A DNA stretch of 46,649 nt from sequence record SRR31156797_3200, one strand, 5' to 3'. Of the stretch, positions 10,261 to 19,974 are shown one piece after another. The notes under the pieces are model-generated. The model saw only the letters and a list, made by a program, of their open reading frames with translations. It searched no databases and was not told the DNA's origin. Each line of letters starts with the position of its first letter. Position 1 is the stretch's first letter. A program made the translations under genes and the position numbers.

Positions 10261-11178
10261 ATGACAATTACTAAATTTACCCGACCACAATCGCTGGAGG
10301 AGCATGATACCATTGGAATTTTATCTACAGCACGGGCTATTGATGCTGAAGAACTTAATTTTTCCAAATCATTTATTGAATCATTAGGATATAATGTAAT
10401 TTATGGTGCCACAATTGGTGCAAGAGACAATCAATTTGCCGGAGATGATGAATTGCGGTTGAATGATTTTCAAACTATGTTGGACAATCCAAATATCAAA
10501 GCAATTGTCTGTGCAAGAGGCGGGTACGGCACAGCAAGAATACTTTCAGAAATTGACTGGAGCCGATTCCAGGAAAATCCCAAATGGATTCTGGGCTATA
10601 GCGATATAACAGCAATTCACAATACGCTAAGTCAAATGCAGATCATGAGTTTGCATGGCATAATGCCCATTAATGTGAAAGATGATGTAAGCAAAAAAGC
10701 ACTATCGGATGCATTCCATATTATGTCAGGTAAAAGTAATTACCAAATCAACTTACCCAAACATGAATTAAACCATAGCTTAAATTGTAATGGAAAATTA
10801 ACCGGTGGAAATTTATCTATGATTTATAGTTTACGAGGTACGTCAAATGATATCGATCCGAAAGGAAAAATATTGTTTTTGGAAGATTTGGACGAATACC
10901 TGTACCATATTGACCGCATGATGTTGAATCTTAAATTGGGTAATGTATTGGAAGAAGTAGCCGGAATTGTTGTTGGTGGCATGTCGGACATGAATGACAA
11001 TCAGATCCCTTATGGTAAAACAGCAGAAGAAATCATAACAGAGCACGTACCGGAAGATAAACCATTGTTTTTCAATGCGTCATTTGGTCATTTCGCCAAT
11101 AACTTACCAATGGTTTGCGGTGCAGAAGCAACAATTAAAGAACAAGATGGGGAATGGATAATGGAATATAAGTTATGA
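10261..11178 (+). CDS. LD-carboxypeptidase (peptidase S66)
   Basis: ARGGYG, GYSDIT (Ser), GGNL, LEDL (Glu), FGH (His). Confidence 0.92.
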   Translation: MTITKFTRPQSLEEHDTIGILSTARAIDAEELNFSKSFIESLGYNVIYGATIGARDNQFAGDDELRLNDFQTMLDNPNIKAIVCARGGYGTARILSEIDWSRFQENPKWILGYSDITAIHNTLSQMQIMSLHGIMPINVKDDVSKKALSDAFHIMSGKSNYQINLPKHELNHSLNCNGKLTGGNLSMIYSLRGTSNDIDPKGKILFLEDLDEYLYHIDRMMLNLKLGNVLEEVAGIVVGGMSDMNDNQIPYGKTAEEIITEHVPEDKPLFFNASFGHFANNLPMVCGAEATIKEQDGEWIMEYKL

Positions 11179-11537
11179 GTAAACAGTTTGATTTAGGGAA
11201 ATGGGGAGAAACCATTGCGGTAAAATATTTCACTCAAAAAGGATACAGCCTTGAAAAAACCAATTGGCGTTGGCGACAAAGAGAAATTGACTTGATTTTG
11301 AGTAATGATCAGGAGATTATTTTTGTAGAGGTTAAAACGCGCACTGTTGGGGTTCTGTCCAAACCTGAAGATGCACTCACACGTCAAAAACAAAAATTTC
11401 TGATTAGTGCTGCCAATGCATATATTATTGAAAATGATATCAATAAAGAAGCCCGATTTGATGTATTCACCATTTGGGTAAATGGTAAGGAGCATAAAAT
11501 AAAACACATTCCTAACGCTTTTACACCCCAATGGTAG
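11175..11537 (+). CDS. YraN family protein
   Basis: G..GE..A, NWR....EIDLI, FVEVKTR, RFDV. Confidence 0.92.
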   Translation: MSKQFDLGKWGETIAVKYFTQKGYSLEKTNWRWRQREIDLILSNDQEIIFVEVKTRTVGVLSKPEDALTRQKQKFLISAANAYIIENDINKEARFDVFTIWVNGKEHKIKHIPNAFTPQW

Positions 11538-12247
11538 TTCGCAATTTGTTATACCAGGTAAAAGATGCTACAGACGATTTGATCAGTTTGGTTTGGCCAA
11601 ACTTGTGTGCCATTTGTAATGAAAGGCTTTTTAAGCACGAACAAAAAATCTGTACAAGATGCCTTACATCGCTACCACGCACTCATTTCCATTTATGGAA
11701 AGAAAATGACTTCCATAGGTTATTTTGGGGACGCGTGCCTATTAAATATGCTACTGCCTACTTTTTCTACATAAAAGATAGTCCGTACCGGAAGCTCATC
11801 CGCAAATTAAAATACAATAGCGAACCCGAAATCGGAACCATTTTGGGACGTGAATTTGGTTATGAAATCAACGAATCGGTGTTTGCAGAGATAGATTTAA
11901 TACTACCTGTTCCACTTCACCCCCGAAAGGAGCGCCACCGGGGTTATAACCAAAGCTGGAAGATTTGCGAAGGGCTAGCAGAATCATTAAACAAACCAAC
12001 CTTCGAAAGGCTTTTCATTCGAAAAAAGGACACTGAAACCCAGACCAAAAAAAGCAGGTATGAGCGTTGGGAAAATGTGAGTAATATTTTCTCAGTCACC
12101 GACCCGGAAGCAATCAAAGACAAACATATTTTACTGGTTGATGATGTTGTAACTACCGGTTCAACCATGGAAGCTTGTGTGGAAGCACTTCTCGAGGCTG
12201 GCGCCAAAGAAGTTTCTCTGGCTGCGTTGGGAATTGCTAAAAATTGA
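11531..12247 (+). CDS. ComF family phosphoribosyltransferase-like protein
   Basis: two N-terminal CxxC motifs, PVPLH, RGYNQ, LLVDDVVTTGST. Confidence 0.92.
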   Translation: MVVRNLLYQVKDATDDLISLVWPNLCAICNERLFKHEQKICTRCLTSLPRTHFHLWKENDFHRLFWGRVPIKYATAYFFYIKDSPYRKLIRKLKYNSEPEIGTILGREFGYEINESVFAEIDLILPVPLHPRKERHRGYNQSWKICEGLAESLNKPTFERLFIRKKDTETQTKKSRYERWENVSNIFSVTDPEAIKDKHILLVDDVVTTGSTMEACVEALLEAGAKEVSLAALGIAKN

Positions 12248-12253
12248 TTTTTT

Positions 12254-12455
12254 TAACATTAAGCACTTAGACTTCGCTCAGTAAACAATATTAAGAATAG
12301 TTAAGAAAAATTAGAATTAATTGAACCATTAAGAAGTTAAGAGGAAATAAGAAGAAGGAATAGAAATACCTGAACCATTGAGCACTTCGACAAGTTCAGT
12401 ATTAAAAGTTAAGCGTAGTGACGCAAAAAAATTAAGCTCTTAATCTATCTTAACT
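12254..12455. repeat. cluster of degenerate intergenic repeats (REP-like)
   Basis: two related units AGCACTTAGACTTCGCTCAGTA / AGCACTTCGACAAGTTCAGTA, repeated TGAACCATT, many TTAAG units. Confidence 0.55.
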
Positions 12456-12492
12456 TCACAATAATAAAGACTTACGTCAAGACTAATTGATA

Positions 12493-13386
12493 TTAAAAGT
12501 TTATTCTAATTTGTCCTGTCAGGTTCCAACCTTTTTCATTAGGATATTGGTACTCATATTTATTCGAATAAAGCACCATATAAAAAGTAACCTTTTTGTA
12601 TAATTTCACATATGCAAACGTTGATATACAATCCCCAAAAGAAAATCCTCCACCTACAATATCCTTATAATCTGTAAGCAGGCCTGCATAATAATATTTC
12701 CGTAGAGGTTCATTTCTGTATTTAGTGAAATCTAGAATTAGGTTTGGGCTTAAACTCCATGTATCAGTTAAATCGAATTTATACCTGGAATCAAAAGTAA
12801 ATTTTCTCTCTAATCTTAAAACATGAATATTTTCGATATCTGGTAATTCATCTTTAATCACTTCAGCATAGCTTAACCCAAAATGCAACTTCTTATATTG
12901 TAATCCCATTCCTATATTAAACCAATAATACTCTATATTATAATCAACAAAGTCTTCATTATTGCTATAATCACTAGCGATAGAGTTTACCTTAAAAGCT
13001 GCACCAAATGATAATTTAACAGGGTTTTCATCATATAAATAGGAATACCCTATTTCAACGTTATTTGAAACTTCTTTGATACTAGAAGTCAAAGATTGGG
13101 AATTAACAGATCCCCTTTCAAATAGTAATTGGACATTACTGTTTATTTTATCAAATGAAACAATTGAGTTCAATAATAAACTTCCGGAATTATAATCCGG
13201 TTTAATTTTGTTTGTTTGACCTATTACATCAAATTGTAATAGGCTATCTGCTTGAATCCATGCAGGATTATATAAATAGTTATTATAATATTCTAATCCA
13301 CTAAAATTAAAACTTCTTTGACTGAACCCCAAAGTAGTTGATAATAGAGTTATAACAATAAATAATTGAAATTTCTGGTTTTTCAT
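12493..13386 (-). CDS. PorP/SprF family T9SS outer-membrane beta-barrel (divergent)
   Basis: signal peptide ending S-Q, early YxxNPA motif, amphipathic beta strands, C-terminal Phe, ~300 aa. Confidence 0.7.
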   Translation of the reverse strand: MKNQKFQLFIVITLLSTTLGFSQRSFNFSGLEYYNNYLYNPAWIQADSLLQFDVIGQTNKIKPDYNSGSLLLNSIVSFDKINSNVQLLFERGSVNSQSLTSSIKEVSNNVEIGYSYLYDENPVKLSFGAAFKVNSIASDYSNNEDFVDYNIEYYWFNIGMGLQYKKLHFGLSYAEVIKDELPDIENIHVLRLERKFTFDSRYKFDLTDTWSLSPNLILDFTKYRNEPLRKYYYAGLLTDYKDIVGGGFSFGDCISTFAYVKLYKKVTFYMVLYSNKYEYQYPNEKGWNLTGQIRINF

Positions 13387-13511
13387 AAACTATCCTCATT
13401 TTTTAATTGACTATCATAGCTTTGCCTCAAAGATAAAAAAAAACTGAACTTAGCCCAAACCTGTAAATATCTTAGCAATTAAGGGATTGCGAAAAATTAA
13501 AACAAATGAAA

Positions 13512-13541
13512 AAAGGGGTTATACATTGATATAACCCCTTT
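13512..13541 (-). terminator. intrinsic terminator
   Basis: AAAGGGGTTATA-CATTGA-TATAACCCCTTT. Confidence 0.8.
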
Positions 13542-13563
13542 ATAAGATAATAATAAGCTTAAA

Positions 13564-13884
13564 TTATCGCTTTATTACTTTAACTCTTTTATAATTTACG
13601 ACTCCAAAAGTTACAACAGTCACTAAACCGCTTAGAAGATTATATTTAGTTTCAATAGTATAGGCATCAGCATTGATTTGTTTTGCCATTGCTTCAGTAT
13701 CTGTTTGAGTTACATTAATTCCCAAAACAAAAACATCACCGGCTTTTGCAACTACCTTATCTTTAGTAATTTCACCAAAAACATATCCGTTGTTTACATG
13801 GTTAGTATTCACATTAAACTTCTGCACCTGGCAACTCATCATAAAAATTGCCATTACTGTAATTAATAAAATGCTCTTTTTCAT
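13564..13884 (-). CDS. small lipoprotein (Bor-like)
   Basis: lipobox MMSC; C-terminal GLVTVVTFG hydrophobic hairpin resembles Bor/TRL-like lipoproteins. Confidence 0.65.
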   Translation of the reverse strand: MKKSILLITVMAIFMMSCQVQKFNVNTNHVNNGYVFGEITKDKVVAKAGDVFVLGINVTQTDTEAMAKQINADAYTIETKYNLLSGLVTVVTFGVVNYKRVKVIKR

Positions 13885-13952
13885 TTTGAATTTAATTATA
13901 AATTTTCCTACTCTTAAGCTTTTCGGAATCCGCTATTAACATTTATAGGGCG

Positions 13953-13960
13953 CAAATGTA
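13953..13960 (-). promoter_or_regulatory. -7 promoter element preceding a GC-enriched 5' leader
   Basis: TACATTTG on the minus strand; leader contains GCGGATTCCGAAAAGCTTAAGAGTAGGA. Confidence 0.55.
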
Positions 13961-14030
13961 CACAAGAATTATGGTTTTGATGTGAAAAATATGTGAACGG
14001 CTGTTGTTATTGTATAAACGGTAGATAAAA

Positions 14031-14426
14031 CTATTGTTTTAATTCTTCAAGTTTAAGCTCAAATGAATCAAGAATAGAAGAATCAATCAAAAAAGTTGTT
14101 TTGCCAATGTGTGCTATTTTTCTAAAAAGATATACTTGATCTCTTTGTCCCTGGAATAAGATTTTAGCATACTCTTTACTGGCCGGCTCTTTTACTTTTA
14201 AGGTTCGTCCATCAATTTCTCGAAACTCTACTTCTTTAAGAAATGAAATAATGGCGTCTACATCTTGCTTTTTCTTATAAACATGCACAGTTGCTTCATT
14301 ATCAGCTGAAATAAGTTCAATAGTTATGGCTGTAATTTTATCAGTTTCCCAACTGTGAATTCTGTTTTGTGCCAATCCAGATAGTACTGAACAACACATG
14401 ATTGAGATTAATACGAATGCTTTCAT
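14031..14426 (-). CDS. secreted hypothetical protein
   Basis: Sec signal ending GLA-Q. Confidence 0.7.
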   Translation of the reverse strand: MKAFVLISIMCCSVLSGLAQNRIHSWETDKITAITIELISADNEATVHVYKKKQDVDAIISFLKEVEFREIDGRTLKVKEPASKEYAKILFQGQRDQVYLFRKIAHIGKTTFLIDSSILDSFELKLEELKQ

Positions 14427-14526
14427 AATGGTATTTTTTAGTTAATAACTTAGGCCCTCATTATAAAGATGCAGTTGTAATTTAAATTCCATAAAAACCT
14501 GAAAAAGGTCAAAACTCATTTAAATT

Positions 14527-14562
14527 AAAAAAGGGTGCCCGGAATAATCCAGACACCCTTTT
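14527..14562 (-). terminator. intrinsic terminator
   Basis: AAAAGGGTG...CACCCTTTT stem. Confidence 0.75.
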
Positions 14563-14581
14563 ATTAGAAAATTTATATTCT

Positions 14582-14962
14582 CTACATTTCATTCAACTTA
14601 TTAATTCGGTCTTCGAGTTCAAGAATCCTATCTTCATATTTTTCATCATCAGCGCAGTCCACCAATCCATCCCATTTATTGGCCCATTCCATAAGTTGTT
14701 CACTGGCTTTTAGTATCTTTTGCAAGCTCTCAGTATCAGTTGGGTCAGCTTTTACTTTTTTGTATGTGTTTTCTATTTCAACGACCCATTTCTCGTAGTC
14801 GTCTAAAAATTTATCACATTCATTCTTTGTAGCATCATCAGCTTGTTCAACATTTTCTGTTTTCTCTTTTTCAGCATCTGCTTTTGCATCATCTTTTTTG
14901 GTAGCATCCGAACCGCAAGACATCATAAAAAGCATGCTAAGTATTAACATTAGATTTTTCAT
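14582..14962 (-). CDS. acidic helical lipoprotein, unknown function
   Basis: MKNLMLILSMLFMMS-C lipobox, K/D/E-rich linker, Cys pair; start set at ATG 14962. Confidence 0.75.
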   Translation of the reverse strand: MKNLMLILSMLFMMSCGSDATKKDDAKADAEKEKTENVEQADDATKNECDKFLDDYEKWVVEIENTYKKVKADPTDTESLQKILKASEQLMEWANKWDGLVDCADDEKYEDRILELEDRINKLNEM

Positions 14963-15068
14963 GTGCAATAATTTAAGTTAGTGATTCAGACAAATATACA
15001 AATAACATTGCATAAGTAGATATCTCTATCGTTTTCACGTTAAATTATATTAATTATGCTGCAAATAA

Positions 15069-15098
15069 TAGCCCCGAAAGATAAATCCCACGGGGCTA
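15069..15098 (-). terminator. probable terminator hairpin
   Basis: TAGCCCCG...CGGGGCTA just after the C25 peptidase stop. Confidence 0.6.
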
Positions 15099-15122
15099 AA
15101 ACTACACAATCCTGTAACTTAA

Positions 15123-18100
15123 TTAAAGTTTGACAATTTTTTGTACATAATGGTATTGCTCATTTTGAATAATGATCTGATAAATTCCATCACTTAATGA
15201 CTGGATATCTATAACATTTTTGAGTTGATCAGAGAATTGGGAAATAACAGTTTTTCCCTGCATATCTACAATGAGAATTTGATGTTTTCCAATTTCTTCA
15301 TTTAACTCCACATTTAATGTTCCTTCTGTTGGGTTTGGATAAATTTTCAGCTTGTTTTCTAAAATTGAATTTAGACCAACCATTGAAATATTAATAGTCA
15401 AATCTTGATCTATCACTTCAATTGAATCACTTATATTATCATATTGAGTATTTGAAATAGTGTAATTATATGTACCTGCCTCCATGATGTATGAAGCTTG
15501 ACCATTTTCATTTGTAACTGCATAATTGCCATCACAATCAACTAATGCACCATCTATCGGTTGGTCAAATGCTGTGACGACAAATGTAACATTGTATGTT
15601 GGCGTGGGATCAACACAACTAATTTCGGCAGTCCAACCTTGAGAATTGAACCAATTATCTGATTCAAAAACAAAAGTTAAAGCCCCTGTTGGATTTAAAG
15701 CTGTTAATGTTCCAAGGGGATCATAACCACAGTAATTACCCAAAAGATCAGACGAAGTAGATTCACCATTATATACTTTAAACTCGTCATAACAATCACC
15801 TGAGCCGCCCATTTCAACTCTAAATTCACTGAAATCGAACTGGATCATTTTTCCTTCCTCACCTGGAAAGAATGTCATTTGAATGTTGGAATTGTTAAAA
15901 TAAAAACCATCAGATCCTCCTTCATCATAGAACATACCACCACAGGTAGTAATTTCTCTATCGCTCATAAGATAATGTGGGAGTACCACAATAACGTCAT
16001 CTTTAATTAGTGGGTCGGAATCACCTAAAATATTAGAAGCAACTAATTGTATTGAATAAGATCCGGGATCATTAAACATTACAATTGGATTCTCAGCATA
16101 CATATCAGTACCATCAACAAAACTATAATCTAAACCTTCTGGTTCCGAAGCAATTACCCACTCCCAACCTGTAGGAGTATTTGTCGATAAATCTGTAATA
16201 TGAACTTTATCTCCAACATTTAATACGGTATAGTCGACGATAAAACCTGCTACCGGAACTGATGTAATTTCATTAATTGTAATAAAATCTGTTTTTGTAT
16301 TAATATTAGTTCCTTCTGCATTTGTAGCTTCTAACACAATTGTATATTGCCCGCTACTTTGAAATTTTACTTGTGGATTTTGACTTGATGATGTAGTTTC
16401 ATTTACAAAAACAAAATCAACACCTTCAGCACCTGGAGATACATTCCAATCCCATTCAGTTGGAGCATATTGACTTAAGTCTAAAAGCTCAACAACCTCT
16501 CCTTCTGTTGTTTCTGTCACTGATGCTTCAAATTCGGTAAGTGGAGCCTGTGGTTCAACAATAATTATTTTGTAATCTTCTACACCACCCGTACCAAATA
16601 ATAAACAAGGAACAATGTCAGAAGCCTCAGGTGCATTTCCTACTATAACCCGTAAATATTTCGGACCAGGTTCTACATCGGAAGGAATCGTAATGGTTCC
16701 GGCATCAGTAAAATTAATATCCTGTGCTTCAGTACCAAATACAATTTCACCTTCATCCTCAAAATCACCATCATAATTCCAATCAACGAAAACCCTGGCA
16801 CTTTTTATCATATTTTCACCACAAGTTCCTAATGACACACTAATATCATACGTTGACCCCAGCATATATTCATAAATTAAGTCTTCGTCGAGTGTAAAAT
16901 CATCGTATTTCCCACAATCTCCTTCTGTATTATTATGAAGTTGCCCAAGTGAAAACTCAACAAGATCACTTCCAAAACTGTAAATCGCACTAGATTCACA
17001 ATATTCAGGAACAAATCCCAAAAATAACCTTTTCTCTTCTTCAGCCCAATACATACTGTTTTCAATTCCAACAACCGATAACAAAACATCAACTGGTGTA
17101 CCTAGCAAAACAGAATCACTAACAGTTGCTTCAAAAATTGCTTCTACTGCTTCCCCAGCACTCAGTTCTCCAATAGAAAATTCAGTATTTGAAAATGTCA
17201 TATGTTCACCATTATTCAACATTCTAATGGATGAGTTTACATTTGAAATAGCTGCATGCCCTGTATTTGTTATTACAACTTTAATATTTGCTGTTTCTCC
17301 GGGATCAAGAAATCCATTTCCAGAATTATCATCAATATATAGATTTACAATACTCAATTCAGGTGCATTTAAATTCAATTCTACTAACGAGGTCCACATA
17401 TAACTATCCCTATCGTCTCCAGTAATTACTATCGAAAAATCAACAGTGTGTTGGTCAGGGATACTATCATCAATTGTGAATGAAAATGCATCCGATATAG
17501 TTAAAGAATCTCCGGCATTAATAGTGCCTATATTTGATACGCTATCATTTACTGTAATAAAACTATCTGAAGTGCGAAGCTTAGCTATAATATTTTGAGC
17601 ATCGAATCCACTATTACTTTGTGCAAAATTTTTAAATTTAACCTCCATGCCTATTGTCGAACCATAATCTGGAGAATCCGAGAAAGAATATTCTTTTACT
17701 CCAATGTATGGCGTATCATTCAACACGACAATTGTACCTTCATATTTGATTTTATTGTGACCCGTAATTGTAATAGTAATGGGATCAGTGTTGTTTATTG
17801 GTTCAAAAGTTTCTACTAACGCAACACCACTTTCATCAGTAACGGTTCGACCAATCATCTGAGAATTTTGAAGTAAAGCAACACGAGAACCTTCTAATCC
17901 AGTATTAACTTCAATAAAACTGCTCTCCATATTAACAGATTCAGGATAACTAACTGCAAAGGCTGTTGGTTGTGCAGTCCAGATATCCATACTTGGGTCA
18001 CCAAATAAAGTTAATTCATATGCACACCATCGAATGGCTCCTTCATGACTATTAATAAATGCTATATTGTCGCTTTTTGAATCCGCATTAGCTTCTCCAA

Positions 18101-19781
18101 TTATGGTTATATCTTCCCCGAAAATGGCATCGAAAAATTGACGGTCAAAATATTGAGAAGCCCCATCTGTACTTTCAGGCATACCCCAACCATAGCGAGA
18201 ATTGTGCACACATGCCACAGCTCCATTCTCAAAACTAGTAAACTCTTCAGCAAAGCAATCCAAATTCCAATATTCATTATCAAATGCTCCACAATAACAA
18301 CCTTGTGAATAATCAATTACAAATCCTCTATCAATTCCATTATTCTGAAAATTCTCAACAGTAATTTCATCAGTTGTCATGGTCAAATGATAAGTTACAT
18401 CGCAATGACCGAGATGATTTAAAAGATTTATACCTTGATTATTAAATTGATCAAAAATATCTTGATGACTCCAATCTCCATCCCGTTCATACATTCGTGT
18501 AGTTGTAAAATTATCTGATATACCTACAGTAGAATATCCATATGTGTCAGCGCCATCAGCTATTTCATCTTTGTAATCGCCTCCCCAGGTTGGATGATAC
18601 CATAAGAGTTCACCTAACATCAAAGACTTTTCAATATCTTCAACAACTGGCTGATCCTGATATAGAATAACCTTATTAATTAAATTTGAGAGTTCTTCCA
18701 AATTATCAACACACATGCGACCAACAAATACTTCGGCAAACATATCTTCTTCTCCAACTTCGCCAAAAACTCCATCTCCATTATTATCCCATGTTCCATC
18801 TAAGCAGGAATAATACATATCGGCAGGTATAAAATCGTCATAAACACTATAGGCGTTTCCGTACATACCCCGTGTTGGAACAATATTATTTCCACCCTCG
18901 TTACCATCAGCATCGCCACCTAAGACGACATATGTTAAGTTCTTATTTTGATAATAATCTATGATACAATTGCGTATCTTTTCCGGATCATCTTGTCCTT
19001 CGTATTCTGTGTAGATCTCATTTACATCTTTCAGTTCAACAATATACCCAGTTGAAGTTTTGAAATTAACATAATCATCAAAACCAGCCATAAGCTCCTG
19101 ACTAGTAATAATTAAAATATCAACTTCATCATTTGTCTTAGTATTATCTGGATAATTATAACGATCCATATATTCCGGATTATCAACTGCCTTTTCAACT
19201 CTTTTAAGAATTGATGGGCTATTCCTCAAATTATCAATCGATTGAATTCCTTTTTTCGATTCAGTGGTCTCAATTATTATAGTTATCGATTGAATTAATT
19301 CAACTTTTTTATCAGAAGGATGAAATATTAGCGGACAAATTGTAAAACCCCCAATAGCATGACCTGACATATATTGGGTAATCTTATTTTCAATCATATT
19401 TTCAGGATATTTGCTCTTTTGACTGTAGATGTCATGGTTAGGCTTTACAATGTATGGTTCTTTTAATTTTTGGGAAAGTGGAAATTGTCTGCCTGCGGGA
19501 GAAATAACAATATCCTCAAAAGTTTTTAAATAAGAAATATGCTCTACCTTAATGCTTGTGATTTCATGTCCGGCAGGAATAAGCACTTCTGCTGCAAAAT
19601 GTGGCATTGAAGGAGCACCCTCAGGTCCATAATTTCGACAATTTTCGTATTGAATGGTAGTGTATTGACCTTCCTTTACAAATTTTGGTTTTTCAAATGT
19701 GTACGTTATTTTTATATTGTCGGCAAATAAATGGATTGACAAAAAAAACAACAGTCCAAAAAATAAAAATTTTGATTTCAT
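15123..19781 (-). CDS. gingipain-like C25 cysteine peptidase with propeptide, Ig-like, GEVED, two PKD, CUB-like domains and T9SS type A C-terminal domain
   Basis: YVVLGGD, VGRM, NHLGH (His), SQGC (Cys), LFGDP; GGVEDY; PKD motifs; FYDEGG...GW.A CUB-like; KIYPNP...KIVKL tail. Confidence 0.9.
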   Translation of the reverse strand: MKSKFLFFGLLFFLSIHLFADNIKITYTFEKPKFVKEGQYTTIQYENCRNYGPEGAPSMPHFAAEVLIPAGHEITSIKVEHISYLKTFEDIVISPAGRQFPLSQKLKEPYIVKPNHDIYSQKSKYPENMIENKITQYMSGHAIGGFTICPLIFHPSDKKVELIQSITIIIETTESKKGIQSIDNLRNSPSILKRVEKAVDNPEYMDRYNYPDNTKTNDEVDILIITSQELMAGFDDYVNFKTSTGYIVELKDVNEIYTEYEGQDDPEKIRNCIIDYYQNKNLTYVVLGGDADGNEGGNNIVPTRGMYGNAYSVYDDFIPADMYYSCLDGTWDNNGDGVFGEVGEEDMFAEVFVGRMCVDNLEELSNLINKVILYQDQPVVEDIEKSLMLGELLWYHPTWGGDYKDEIADGADTYGYSTVGISDNFTTTRMYERDGDWSHQDIFDQFNNQGINLLNHLGHCDVTYHLTMTTDEITVENFQNNGIDRGFVIDYSQGCYCGAFDNEYWNLDCFAEEFTSFENGAVACVHNSRYGWGMPESTDGASQYFDRQFFDAIFGEDITIIGEANADSKSDNIAFINSHEGAIRWCAYELTLFGDPSMDIWTAQPTAFAVSYPESVNMESSFIEVNTGLEGSRVALLQNSQMIGRTVTDESGVALVETFEPINNTDPITITITGHNKIKYEGTIVVLNDTPYIGVKEYSFSDSPDYGSTIGMEVKFKNFAQSNSGFDAQNIIAKLRTSDSFITVNDSVSNIGTINAGDSLTISDAFSFTIDDSIPDQHTVDFSIVITGDDRDSYMWTSLVELNLNAPELSIVNLYIDDNSGNGFLDPGETANIKVVITNTGHAAISNVNSSIRMLNNGEHMTFSNTEFSIGELSAGEAVEAIFEATVSDSVLLGTPVDVLLSVVGIENSMYWAEEEKRLFLGFVPEYCESSAIYSFGSDLVEFSLGQLHNNTEGDCGKYDDFTLDEDLIYEYMLGSTYDISVSLGTCGENMIKSARVFVDWNYDGDFEDEGEIVFGTEAQDINFTDAGTITIPSDVEPGPKYLRVIVGNAPEASDIVPCLLFGTGGVEDYKIIIVEPQAPLTEFEASVTETTEGEVVELLDLSQYAPTEWDWNVSPGAEGVDFVFVNETTSSSQNPQVKFQSSGQYTIVLEATNAEGTNINTKTDFITINEITSVPVAGFIVDYTVLNVGDKVHITDLSTNTPTGWEWVIASEPEGLDYSFVDGTDMYAENPIVMFNDPGSYSIQLVASNILGDSDPLIKDDVIVVLPHYLMSDREITTCGGMFYDEGGSDGFYFNNSNIQMTFFPGEEGKMIQFDFSEFRVEMGGSGDCYDEFKVYNGESTSSDLLGNYCGYDPLGTLTALNPTGALTFVFESDNWFNSQGWTAEISCVDPTPTYNVTFVVTAFDQPIDGALVDCDGNYAVTNENGQASYIMEAGTYNYTISNTQYDNISDSIEVIDQDLTINISMVGLNSILENKLKIYPNPTEGTLNVELNEEIGKHQILIVDMQGKTVISQFSDQLKNVIDIQSLSDGIYQIIIQNEQYHYVQKIVKL

Positions 19782-19974
19782 AGCTGTAGTGTTAGTAATT
19801 AATAAAATGATTCAGAAATAAGTAGAGCAATTTCATTAATTCGAAAAGACTCTCATAGCTAGCTGCAATATATGAAAAAAAAGAAAGAAAAAAAAGAAAT
19901 ATATTTTTTGTTACAAGACTCTAAGCTTTTAAATCTTATGCATAAAAAAAGTTTTAGATCTCATGCGGATTGCG

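Noticed and set aside
11175-12247. YraN plus ComF as a defence or mobile module
   Set aside because: Both are widespread core genes, and no mobility or defence partners are nearby
12254-12455. Possible CRISPR array
   Set aside because: Repeats are degenerate and irregularly spaced, with no unique spacers and no cas genes
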